A stretch of 64,000 nt of DNA from Perna viridis (taxonomy: Eukaryota): contig CM074512.1 in assembly GCA_037379345.1 (NCBI GenBank), positions 1,364,001-1,428,000 on the forward strand, given 5' to 3'. Positions 22,996 to 35,700 of this stretch are shown piece by piece. The notes below the pieces were generated by a model. It did no database searches. It saw only the letters and a program-made list of their open reading frames with translations, and was not told the DNA's origin. Position 1 is the first letter of the stretch. The number at the start of each line of letters is the position of its first letter. Made by a program: the position numbers and the translations under genes.

Positions 22996-24749
22996 AACAA
23001 TCAAGTGAAGGATATTGGTAAATTGTGAATGTTATCTATTGAATTAGTTATATTGTGTAGAAAGACAATTCAAAGATTACTGATTGTTTTCTTTTATTTC
23101 TGCATACCTAACATGGAAGACATGTATTTTACAATTGATAGAACAGTAGTATAATTTTCATCATGTATGGATCACTATCAATATGTATCAGTGTATAGAT
23201 CTGCATGTACTTGTACATTTTGTAAGTTAAATATATGAGTTGAAATTACCTCAGTAAAATGTAGAAGTTAGTACTAGTTGACTAACATTTACAAAATGTA
23301 CATGTATACACAATGTATCAGGCAGGGTCAAAGGTACATGTACACAAAATGTACTTGTATATTAATTTGCTGCCTGTATTACCAAATTCTGATAATGCAC
23401 ATTTTTGGTCTTGCTCATCTTTATTTTGTTGAGAATAATGTAAACATTAGCCTAAAAATCCTAAAATGAAGGCATACCCTCTAAAACCCTAGAACAAAAG
23501 GATGAACTCTCGTCACAAAACACTTGAAAAAAAAGAGTATGTGTTCCATGTCATCAGCCCATCCCAAGTGTGAAGGGCATTGATGCCAAAATAATAATAT
23601 TTGCTGTTTCTTTGTCCATTAGGTTTATGGTAGCGACATTTGGTATTAACTTTAATCCGTTTTGAAATGTCAGCTGAGAGCTGTTTACAAATTTGAGGAC
23701 ATTCCCAATTGAAACGGAGAAATCTCACACAACATTAACTGATTTGTTGGTCATTGTTTTAACTTTTCCTATGGATTCACGGTAGTAACATTTGGTGTAA
23801 ATTTAATCAAAATATGTTGAGGATGTAGGGGTGAGAGTGCATACAAATAAGAAAATTTCAGTTTCCAAGGGAAACTTTCATATCATTAGCCGACCATTGT
23901 TGATTTTCGAATTTGAGAGATTCTGGTAGCAGCCTTTGGTAAAAAAAAATTGAAGTATGTTTTCTAATGTAGGCGTAAAAACCTAGAGTGCTTACAGGAT
24001 GTGACGGACGGACGTATCGACAGGCTCCTAGAGAATCTTTTAAGTTCCAAAATTGAGTTGCAACAAGGAACAAACCGATAAAAAAAACAAACAAAAATGG
24101 GATACACTCACAAAACCCTTGAACAATCGGATAAAATCCCAGATCCTGATATAAATCAGACTTCAATCTAATGATGTAACGTACTACTTCTCTTTTTTTA
24201 AAATTATGTTGTACAGAAGTTAACAAACCTGTTGTTTTTTTTCTCGACCTGTCTTGCATATGTGGTAGTAACCACTCGTTTCACAAGACTTAAACTATAT
24301 AGTAGCAGAGTAGCAGCTTTCTTAGTATGTTTTTTTTTCTTGAAAAAAAAAATAAAAAACAGACAAAAGACATTTTCACCAAATATACATTGAAACCAAA
24401 TAACAGAAAATTGTATGAGTAACATGGACTCAACGGGAACACCTGCTTCATGCAAGTTCGTTTGAGGGAAAATCAATGTATTGAAACAGAATATGTCTTC
24501 TATGGTAGAGGTGAACACACTTTATATAACTTTTTGGAACGATTCACGAGTATTTACCTATTATTTGTAATGTGGCTTCTTTTCGACCTTTCAAACATGT
24601 TAGATCGGAGCCTCCATGATAAAAAAAACAAAAACAGTTTCTCACATAACATTTGCAAAGAAAGGTAATGATGCGTTCAACATCAACAATACGCTTAATG
24701 ACATGTATGCCGAAATATTAAAAGAAGAGAAAACGTTCTTACTGTTTCC

Positions 24750-26650
24750 TACAGTTACATCACCACAATTTCCTGTAAATTTTTCATCTATAAACAAGCA
24801 TTGTAGGACCTAAGCGTAGACGTGTACCTCAAATACCCTCTCGTGCACTTAATTGTGACTTCCAAATTTCTTTTTGTCTACAACCCCTACCATCCTCCCA
24901 AGTCATGGTTTTGAGTCCACCTTCGCTCCCTCTAAGCCACCCCATTGGTTATTTGAACATTATTAAAAATGAGAATCACCGAAAAGTGATAACTCAAGGC
25001 CTGAAGTTCATAAAACCACAATAAATAGGCTGGTACGTGTACCATAAATTTAAAAGCATAATAGACACAGTTGTGATTGTGACAGTATGAGAGAAGGAAC
25101 AAGAACCAGGACTCGCTGTCTGATTGTCATGTTGGTGATCCGCAAACATCAATGGACTAAGAAAAAGAAGCTGTTAAATGTATATCCTCCTTTCACGAGA
25201 AATATATTATTGTTCCCGCTGACAATGCCTCTGACACCATAATGTAATGCGCTTTACAACGAAAGCTTAGTAAGAGAATTGGGAACCAAGTATTGAATAT
25301 ATTCCTTCAAGTGGGAAGTATTGGGACTTCCCTTATTTGTATTGGATTCATAAACTACATAAGCATCGATCATGCATATATCAAAATATCTACTTGTTCA
25401 ACTAAAGAGTTGTCTACGGCTGACCAAGGAGGGACAAAAAAAAATAATTGTGAAACTGGCTACTCGCGTAGTGGTATAAATCATATATGGATTCTCAAAA
25501 ACTCTAAAGATCTCTTAAATAATCTTAAATCTCGTTCCTTCACTGAAGTTACTACGGTGAAAACTTTTGACTTTCCAACATTATACTGCCCCATCTTACA
25601 TAAATTAAAAACCTGTTGAAATTATTGACAGTTCTTACAAAATTGTTGTTTTAAATTACAAATCGGTATTCTTAACACTTTTGAACAAAAAGCTGCTACA
25701 CCGAGCAACATGTGATCAGTATTCCAGAGTTTCCTCTTGATAACGCATACAATGTATGTCACTTTTGGATTTTTTTTCAGCAGTTTATCGGCATCCCAAT
25801 GGACAATAAGTATTCCTAGACGAGCAGTTTCTTCATTCATATGAATCGGAATTTCTTTTAAAATAAGGCTAAAGAAACATTCATTCCACTTATCGATATA
25901 TTGACGATGTTCTATTAACAATCCTAAACTTGGAGAATGCATGGCTTCCGTTCATCCACCAGAACTAGGAATTAGAGACTACTTACACAGTTTCCTCCGC
26001 CTAATTTTTTCGGTCGTATAAATATATCACCCTGTCAGCATCGCCGTCGTCGTCGTCGTTGTTGTCCGGGAACTTTAGTTTATTTACGAAAACTTTAGTA
26101 AAACTTACCAATCAGTTTTGAAATTTTAACACATTGTTCCTTGGAACATAGCAGAGGGTCCTTAAGTTTTTGGAAATTGTTTCCTTATTTGGAAATAAGG
26201 GGCTAAAAGGGGAAAATATATGTTATCACTGGAATTGATAGAAAAAAAACTTACTGTTGATCCGATTTTTAGGATTCAGATGTCGATCTGCTCCTTTTGA
26301 AATTCTGTTTTGAAATTAATGACATGGTAGGCTTATCTTTGACCGTGTTGGGGTTAAAGGGGTGCCAGATTCAGCTTAAGTGTGTCAAAAACTAATATTG
26401 TGTCCACACTTCCCCAAACTCTTCAGGGTTCCACCACTGTGGCCGTATCATGCTGCGCGAAGCTTTTATTATTTCGACAATAGTAGTCATCTCAGCACAA
26501 AAATATAAGACAAACAAGGGAACTATATTTAAGAACTTCGGTCAACTTTCAAATTTCAAACACAGAAGATAAAAATATCCCAGGGTCCGACTCGCACTGA
26601 AAACCTTTCATTATTAGTGAATACAGGGTATTACTACATGTCAAGCTACA
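24750..26650 (+). mobile_element. Decayed Penelope-like reverse transcriptase (Naiad-like), interrupted by another repeat at ~26000-26470
   Basis: YSRSGINHIWILKNSKDLL, KTFDFPTLY, QFIGIPM, YRYIDDVL, HPPELGIRD, then HLSTKI*DK after the insertion. Confidence 0.78.
26000..26470. repeat. Interspersed non-autonomous repeat with (gtc)n tract; related inverted fragment at ~33890-33990
   Basis: Splits the RT relic; cagggttccaccactgtggccgtatcatgctgcgc resembles the reverse complement of ~33920-33955. Confidence 0.5.
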
Positions 26651-28087
26651 CTAAGTTAACTGATTCTTTGTTTTATTTTTTTAACTTTTAAAAAGCACAC
26701 TACAACCCATCTTTCGCTTTTGGAAGATGTGTTTTCTTAAATCAGACAACGCAAAAAAAATGTACTTTGTAATGGTTGTAACGATTCCCGTCTTTCAGTT
26801 AACAGCAAACATGTCGAAAATGCATTTTCAACGATTTTTGTTGCTAACTTTTGTACTTTTTTTTCTATCTGATTTTACACAAATTAGTACTTTTATGAAA
26901 GTTTTTCTACAGACTCCGATGAAAATTGCGGACATTTGGGCAATTTTTTAATTGGCCCATCATGTTGTCAGAATTCCTGGGATAATGGCCAAGGTCCTTT
27001 CCGTTTCAGTAACACACCAGCTTGCCCAGCACATCATGTTTATAGTTTTTAATGTATGTCCGTGCTATACCGGCTACTTTATGCGCCATCTGAATTTGCC
27101 TGAGAGAAAGGTTATAAGAATGTCTCATACGCTGCCTGGAAATGTATTATTTCCGATATCTAGACTGAAAAGTATTTTACTTCTGACGAAAGAGACCATT
27201 GATTCTCATATGTACTGTTTTGATTACTGATTTTACCATTTTTGCTCAGTGACAATTTTGCGCTGCCTTTTGTATTGTGATATACTGCAAACAATTAAGC
27301 CTAATGGAAGCGGGAGGTTAGAAACCTGGTCCAGCCCATTATTTCCAGATAATGCCTACCAAGTCGGGACCATTGAGGTTGTTCCCAACTTTCCGGGTTT
27401 TATTTGTTACATGAACTTACCTGTTTTAAATTATTCCTTTTGACTATTTCCTACTGCTTGCCTATCGGAAACGATGTATTTTGAAAAATCGTCGAAAAGT
27501 TGATGTCGTTCGAATCCACTTTATTTTTATCTATGCCCTTTACAAAATTTTAAACATTACTTTTATCTAAGGAAGCAACGATTTGATTTTTAGGGGGTGG
27601 GGTTAGGATCAAATTTATTTTTTTTTTGTTAAGACTATCCTTACTTGTTGTTCTTGATTCCAGCCTGTCCTGGATTTTTTTTTTCGTGGTATATGATGGT
27701 GAACTTAACATGTTTTGAAAAAAAAAATTGTTGACTATTTTGACATTCTTCATTGCCTTTTTTTATTATCCTTGATAGTTTTAAGTATAGACACGGGTCA
27801 AGGATGACCAAGCTAGTCTTAAATCGGGTGTGCCAATTTCTTTTTTATTTGTTATTTACCAACGATATGTATGTTCTAACGATGATTTATTTTAAAATCA
27901 GCATTTTGTAACATTAAAGTGTTTACAAAAAACATATCCTGATATTTTTCAACAAATGCATCCTGGATTGTTTCCCATACTGACTTTTTCAAATTTAATT
28001 CTAGCCCCCCATAACAATTAAATGGTTGCTCCCTTAGCAAGTTTTTCAGTCAAATTAACTAAAAACATAAGCTTTATAAAATTTTAA

Positions 28088-28113
28088 TATATACATATAT
28101 ATATATATATATA
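28088..28113. repeat. (TA)n microsatellite
   Basis: Direct reading. Confidence 0.85.
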
Positions 28114-31100
28114 TTTACAAAGATTATAATCCCTGATGTAATGAATAAATAAAAACGACTAGACAGTTAACAAGAAAAGACATGCAATGAAGAGTTAACA
28201 AACATGTGATGTGCCAGGCACAATGTGGAGGTCCAGATGGATCCCTTGATTCTCAGAAAAGTCAATAAATATAATGAGAAAAAGAAGCTTTATTTCACCA
28301 TTTTTTGCAGAAAAGGTCAAGTGAACATGATTATGAAATACTATAACTGGAAAAAAAAAACGTGATGGAAAGAGTATATGAGATGTGACAGGGTCTGTGA
28401 ACCATAAGAAGGAAGCCCAACACCTAAACCATGTAAAGTGAATGAATAATGAAAATACAACCCTTTAATTTAAATACAAGGGTTACCTGTTAAGACGAGC
28501 AAGTATCTATCAAATGTGTTTGCAGACTGGCAAATGTCTATATAAACTGAGAGAATGTTTTGACATATTAAAAATCCTGTGCAGTATTAAAATTTACTAG
28601 TTTACTAGAAATTTTACCAAACTTAGGTAATGTTTCTGCTAATTCGGTACTTTGACTTGCAATTGGGACCCAGCAGATCATTCTACATCTCTGCGGTAGA
28701 ATTAATTACTGACTGAAAGAATGGGACATGTGGAATACAGTACATGATTTGAATATGATGATCTGACAGATGAGTTTTATAAAAAGTTTACATCTTTTAT
28801 TTGTTGTTGGGCCTCTGAAAAAAAAAAAAAAAACTTTATTTGCACTTGATGTTGCTTGACAAGAAGTTGCCCCTGATATTAGTTAGACAATAGAATAAAA
28901 AAGAGCTTTGCGGAGTGCTGTATGATACTACTGCAGCGTGTTGAACTCTGTTCACTTGGGGCAAGTGTGGAGACAATATTAGTTTTTGACACATAGGGAA
29001 TTGAAGTTCATTATGGACATAACGACTGGTTTTGGATGCTATGTAATACAAAATTTGAAATCCAATTAAAGGTGAAAAAGTTCTGTTAATAGATACTAAT
29101 TAAAGTCCCTGCAACTAAAAACATGTAAGAGATATTAATCTGATTAAAAAAATGCAAGCAGGGATTTTCATAAGGAATTCAATAAAAAAAATCAAATTAG
29201 TACCAAAAATAACTAGAAAAACTGAGGGCAGTACTCACTAAATTGATACCCAAACTTCCCCATTTGATAACATGCACCTTTTGACCTCCATACTGATTTG
29301 GATCAAAATCTAAAATGGAGGTGCACAATGGAATATGTTATGAAGATTCTGTGAAAGTTTCATTAAATTCCATTCGATGATGTAGAAGTAACGGATAAGA
29401 AATGAGAGTTCCCCTCAGTATAAAAAACAGATAGGATAAGTTTATTCCAGTTATCATACATAAACCAAAGTTAATGGACGCAAATGTCAACAACAGGGTG
29501 TTACCATTATAAAACCTAAATATTTTTTTGCAACTGTATAAAAAACGACAAAACATTTGTTTGCAGCTAATGCTGTTGGATACCATAAAAATTACTTCAT
29601 TTGCCCCTAATGCTCTTTGACATAAATAAGTGAATTGGACATAAATTATTAGTGTACATTTGATACTTTTTTCATTGAGACCAATTTTTGCACACTCATT
29701 GAAAAGTTTACCACAATATTTAATAGGACTGTCAAGTTTTAAGATGCCAACTGCGTGAATTATACCAAGGGAAATTTGCCAATATTTTACTAAAACTATG
29801 GCACATCTCACACATGTTATATGAGTCTACATGTATTGTGCAAGTCTGTCATTGTCAATATACTCTCTAGGCAACCCCATAACAATGTAATTTGAAAGAT
29901 GAAAACATTTTAGAATAAGAAATGTTTAATACTGTTTAACATTAAATAATGACCACCTATAATAATGTGAAGAACAATCATGATAATTACTAAATATTTG
30001 TTTTGAACCCTGTACAAATATCCTAAATGCCTATCAATTTGAAAAATGTTCAGCCTGTACAAACTTAACTATGACTTTAAAATAAATTCTTTATAAATAT
30101 GTGCAATAAAATATAGTATTCAACAGGCTACAAAGCAAATGATTATCAAATGATTTATTTGTGTTGATGATGGAATGTCTGATCAGTACAGGATTTATGG
30201 AAAGGAACAAAAAAAAATACACCACAACACATATAATTCACAACCACTAACAAACATACCCTGTCATACATAAAACAATAGTCTGAAACAATAATTAAAT
30301 GCTACCTTAGCCGTTAAATCAAATGACAGATCTTCATAATAAGTTTAAAATACAAGAAGTATATTTTCACACTAAAATTTATAAAGTATCTAAATTTTTC
30401 ATGTGAAAAAAATAGATCCTTATAAATAAAAACCCATAAAAACCAAAACACAGGTGAGAAACAACTGTAAATTGTTTTCTACATTTAGTTAATAACTATG
30501 TTGAACCACACAATAAATCTGATTTATTTACCTTGTGTTAAAGGTGTGTTTTTTCCACTTAGTTCAGTTCGACATACTGCTAAAATACCCTTTTTCATTA
30601 ATTGTTTAATGTTAGAAAGCTGTATGTATCGTACATCAATTAAATGTAGTCACAGAGATAATTAGGGACATTCACAGAAAGATGAACAAAACATAATAGT
30701 GTCTATGTACTGCTCATTTTTTGGATAATTTCTCCAAATGATCCCCACAAATAGACCAGTCAAGTTATTTCACTCTTTGGGTAAAGATTACACACATTGA
30801 GTTACTATTTAAAAATACTTATTGTCCATCAAGTACAGTACTTGGTACTGTAACCTTTGGAAACAGGGGAATCTAGAGACGAAATAATTTAATTACAAAT
30901 TAACCTGTGGTTTACTAGAACTGGACAGGATCAATACAATCATAACTTCCCGATTCCATTGTCCTTCCAGACAGACACATGTATTAAGTGTAAGCGTTTA
31001 TAAGAATCAAGCAAAATGGGAAAAATCAAATACATCCATGTAAACAACCCACCGATCTATCACTCAAGGATGCTTTCTCTATTTGAAAAGACCATTATTA

Positions 31101-32572
31101 GATCTCTGCATCACTGGCTTTGCTCAGAAATTTTTCAATAGAATGTTAGAAAAATTAGGTTTTTGACAGAGTTGTCTACCATGAAATGTTCATTTTCAGT
31201 GCATTTCAATGAAATCACAAGTCAATGTACCAGCATGATATGGAAAATCTTGTGTGTTTTCCTTGATTTTGATGGTGCAAATAGTCAAATCACACCATCA
31301 AAATGATGGGGTTTTTTCATACCATGTTTCACCTACTGCTTGATTCTTACAGAGACTGATACTTAAATATTCATTACTAGTGACCGAAATACTATCTAAC
31401 AATAAAAAGAACATTAAAAAGAAGTTAACAAAAGCTCATATTAAGATTATAAATAGTGACATCTATTTAACAAGGAAATCAGTACAAAGCCACTGACAAT
31501 AGAACTTCACTGTTGATAACATTTACATAAAATATGACATTTAATGACAATATAAATACATGATTAAATACAGTTTGATTCCAAGATCTTTCTACATACA
31601 GTAGCTGCCTATAAATGCACCAAGTCTTACCTGGTTTTCTTCCTGCAGATATAAAAAAGTTGTACAAGATATCCTGTTATGATATGCTTCCTAATTATCT
31701 AAGATCCAGGGTAAAATTATTCTGTAGTTATGATAAGTTAGTTTAAATGCCTGTATGTACATGTAAAGTAGCTTTTCAGCAGTCAAAGTTCAGTAAGATT
31801 TAATCAAACCATGTTTTTGTTCTAAATAATACTTAACTCAGTCAAAGATCATACAATCATTTCATACACACTCTATAGTGATAATCAAATGTTGCTTGAA
31901 TCATGTGTAAACCATGTGTCAGGTACATGATCAATCTAGACTGATTATCATATGTTATCATCATACATGTATGTAATCATAAACGAATCCTATGTAGCAC
32001 TGCCTGGTACTTTTAGCTTTGTAGAAAGCATTTACATATCAAACTTCAGAAAGTTATTATCAACCTGTACCTTTTGAGAAGATAGACATTAAGTAGAGGC
32101 TCAACATTGACTCAATACAAGGACCAGGTTGACACTTGAAATTGATATGATGGAAGTTCAGTTATAAAAACCAATGCTATTAAAGAAAAAATATAAGAAA
32201 TCTAATTAGAATAAGCAAAAGTAATGGTCCAATGAAAACAATGATAAGAGTATCTTAATCAAAACATGAAGAAAGGCACTTAACTGTGGTCCAAGATAAA
32301 ATCCAAGGTTTTCATATGCACAACCATATATGTAAGCTGGAAGGTAGAAATGGTTTTAATATGTCTGCAGAGTAAGGATATGTCATGTCAAAATGTATCA
32401 CAAGGAATTCATAATGCAGCACAGAAAAAAACTTTGGCACCAATTAATAGTTTTTAACACAAACTACAATGTCATTACATGTATCATCAACAATCTTAAA
32501 TCAGTTTAACATTCTAACCAGCTCAACTTAAATTGTCCTGTACAAAGGCAAAAATTAAAGCCTTTAGGGTAA

Positions 32573-32716
32573 TCAAGTTCTGTCAATAGTTTTAAAAAAC
32601 CACTCAGTAAACTTCCGTAGCTGTGCTGCTGCTTGCTGGGATTCTTCCTGTAAACGAACATTTTCTGCTCGCAGTTCTTGAACTTCCTCTTCTAGTGTAG
32701 CATTTTCTCTTGTCTC
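32573..32716 (-). CDS. SIPA1L1: SIPA1L terminal exon ([12 protein letters not shown]...[16 protein letters not shown])
   Basis: tttcag acceptor, TGA stop, conserved C-terminus. Confidence 0.93.
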   Translation of the reverse strand, partial: ETRENATLEEEVQELRAENVRLQEESQQAAAQLRKFTEWFFKTIDRT

Positions 32717-35700
32717 CTGAAATACAAATTTGATATGTTGCTTTATATGAGCATGTAAGAATATCTTAATCAAACAAGGGGCTCCAAGGAACCTGAATCA
32801 CTCATCTGTTTAAATTATTGCCTTTTAAGGGCAATAACTCTAACAAGGAGTTGTCCAACAACTTTTACTTTGGTAGGACTTATCATAAGGATCATTTCAT
32901 CAATTGAAAGTTTCATTCTATCTATTATAGTGTTCAAGATAATGGCTGAAAACTGCTAAAACATAGTTTTTTGCCTTTCAAGGCCAATAACTCTATTAAA
33001 GAGTTGTCTGAAAACTTTGATCCCCACACTTTTGTAGGCCTTATCATAAGGATCATTTCAGCAACTGAAAGTTTCAATTTACCTATTATAGTTTTCAAGA
33101 TATTGGCTGAAAAAAAAACGTCCTTTTTCACCTTTCAATGGCAATAACTCTTACAATAAGGAAAATTTCAGCAATTGAAAGAATTTGGCTAAACCTAATG
33201 GTTTTGGAAATATATAAGAAAAAATTCTGACCGACCCCTTTGTTCTATTTTTAGCAACAGCAGCAATGTTTTTCAATGGATCAAATATCCCTACTACTGT
33301 TCTATGAAAAATACCCAAAGGAACAATCATACCAAGTTTGGTTCTAATTGGTCAAGTAGTGTAAGAGGAGATCTTTGAAAGAAATAATATTAAAAATAGG
33401 AAAAAAAAAAGAAAAAGGGCAATTACTCAAACATGGCTTAACAGATTAAAATGAAAATTAGACCACAGATAGATATCATCATACTGAACACTTTTTACCC
33501 AGTCAGAATTTGGTTGAACTTAACAGTTTTGGAGATATATGTGAAAAACTACCATCTGACCTCCATGTTCTATTTTTATTAACGGCAGCCATGTTTTTTG
33601 ACGGATCAAAAATCCCCACTTTGCAGGATACACCAAGGAATATTCATACCAAGTTTGGTTTCAATTGGTTGAGTAGTGTCAGAGAAGAAAAGTTTTGAAA
33701 AATTGTTAACAACGACAGATGCCAAGTGATGGCAACAGCCCACATGACCTTTAGCAAGGTGAGCTAAAAAGGCATAATTGTTTTCATGTTATTTTTGGGT
33801 CATGACAAAAATCCATTAGCAACTCAAAATTCAGTTAAGCCAGAAGTAGCACTGCATTCTGAATAAAATAAACACAACATATGGCATACCAGATCTATTC
33901 AAATCAAATGCTTCACAGGGTGCAGCTTGATATGACCACAGAGGTTGAAACCTGAATAGTTGGCATTCAAACTTGATACATCTTTGAATTTTGATTATGA
34001 TAAAATATTTGACACAGGATATGAATTTGACCAGAAACGAAGTGGTCACTTTTTGGTCCCTTTTCCAAAACGGTTCTAGTTGAAATCTCCAAAATCAATC
34101 CTAATATTTATTTGGGAGTATGGCACCTTGTGGAAAACTTTAAAAGTGATCCATTCCCTTTTACTGAAGTTATTATCAAGAAATCAGAAAAAATACTTGT
34201 TTCTGACCTGTTTGTGGACCCTTACTCTTACTTGGCTTAAGTAAATCAATCCAGTCTTTCTTTTGTGATATGGGATCTTGTTGTACATCTAAGAGATCTA
34301 TTCACTAATAGTCAAGTTTCTGACCCGTTTTTGACCCCTAAAATGGCAATAACCCCCAAAATAAATAACAACCTTGTTATCAAAATCAACCGACTAACAT
34401 TTTAGTTATTGCACAAAAAACAAGTGTCTACAGAAAATGACTACAATGACACAGAAGACAATTTTTTGTGTAGGAAGCTAAAGCTAAGAGTAATCTTACC
34501 TTAGCCAGATCATCTTCCAGTTGTTTGACTTTAGTCTCTAACTCTAAGATTCTCTGTTGAGGGTTGGCTACCACTGACCTCCAGACATTACTACAGATAA
34601 AGATCACCTTACATACACTATCTCAAACTTTACATACACTAGCTCAAACCTTAATTTTAAAATTTTTAAAATGATGTTACTATCAACACATTAATTTTCT
34701 AAGGTCAATTAAATTCATGTAGTCCAGTCAAAATAAATCTTAAACAAATTGCAACAGAAAATGTCTTTACTTAAAAACTGTTTTTAGGTCGTAGATGATC
34801 CTACTAATGCTAACATGTCTAATATCTCCACATTTTATTTATCATAATTGTGATTTTGTATCTAATTTTGATGCATCTCCCCTTCCCAATGTTAATATTG
34901 ATACATGAAATGCTTATTTCAAGGTTTCCAAATGACAGCTTTTGTGTTTTACTCGGGTCATAATAATATAAATAGAACTTAAAAATCTTCTGTAGCAATT
35001 TCTTTACATTTATGATAATATTTTGTTAGACTGACTGGACTAATGAATCTCACAAAATAATATCAACGCAAGATACAAGTGTTCGTTTAAATGCAAGATA
35101 AGAGCAATCCTTTAAACAAACGATAAAAGCATTTGTTTATTTTTGTACATTCATTATTAACTTCATTCAACTGCTATTTTTATATTTTTTGTATTTTCAT
35201 TAGTTCTATTTTCTGTTTTCCCTTTCTTCATTTTTGGTAAATATTAATATTTTTCATCGTTCGTCTATCATGCATTTAATGCATGCTATGAGCATTTCTC
35301 TATCGTGTTTAAAAGTACACTGGGAGTGTTTGTTTATTGTGCTTTTACACACGATAGGAGTGTCATTTAAACTGACAATATAAGCATTTGTTTATCCTGT
35401 GTTAAGTGAGCATTTGGCGTGTGTTTAGGTATCATGCATTCGGGAAACCTAAACGTCTCAAGGAGTGTATAACCCATTATGTGTGTGACCAAGACAAACG
35501 TCGCACATAAACTAAACAAACCATTTTGTTAGAAGCTGCATAACAAATACTAACAGGCACACCTGTTTACTGATGAAGTGGATGCTTGACCAATTTAAAA
35601 GTCAACACATTCCAATGAGGAACTTAAATGGTCAAGTGGACAAAAATTATTGGAGCAGGCATGTATATACTTATTGACTATTTGTGAGGGTAATCATAAA

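Noticed and set aside
23278-31667. Numerous 60-157 aa ORFs in the ORF track
   Set aside because: Low-complexity AT-rich chance ORFs with no motifs, apart from the RT relic at 25293-25619.
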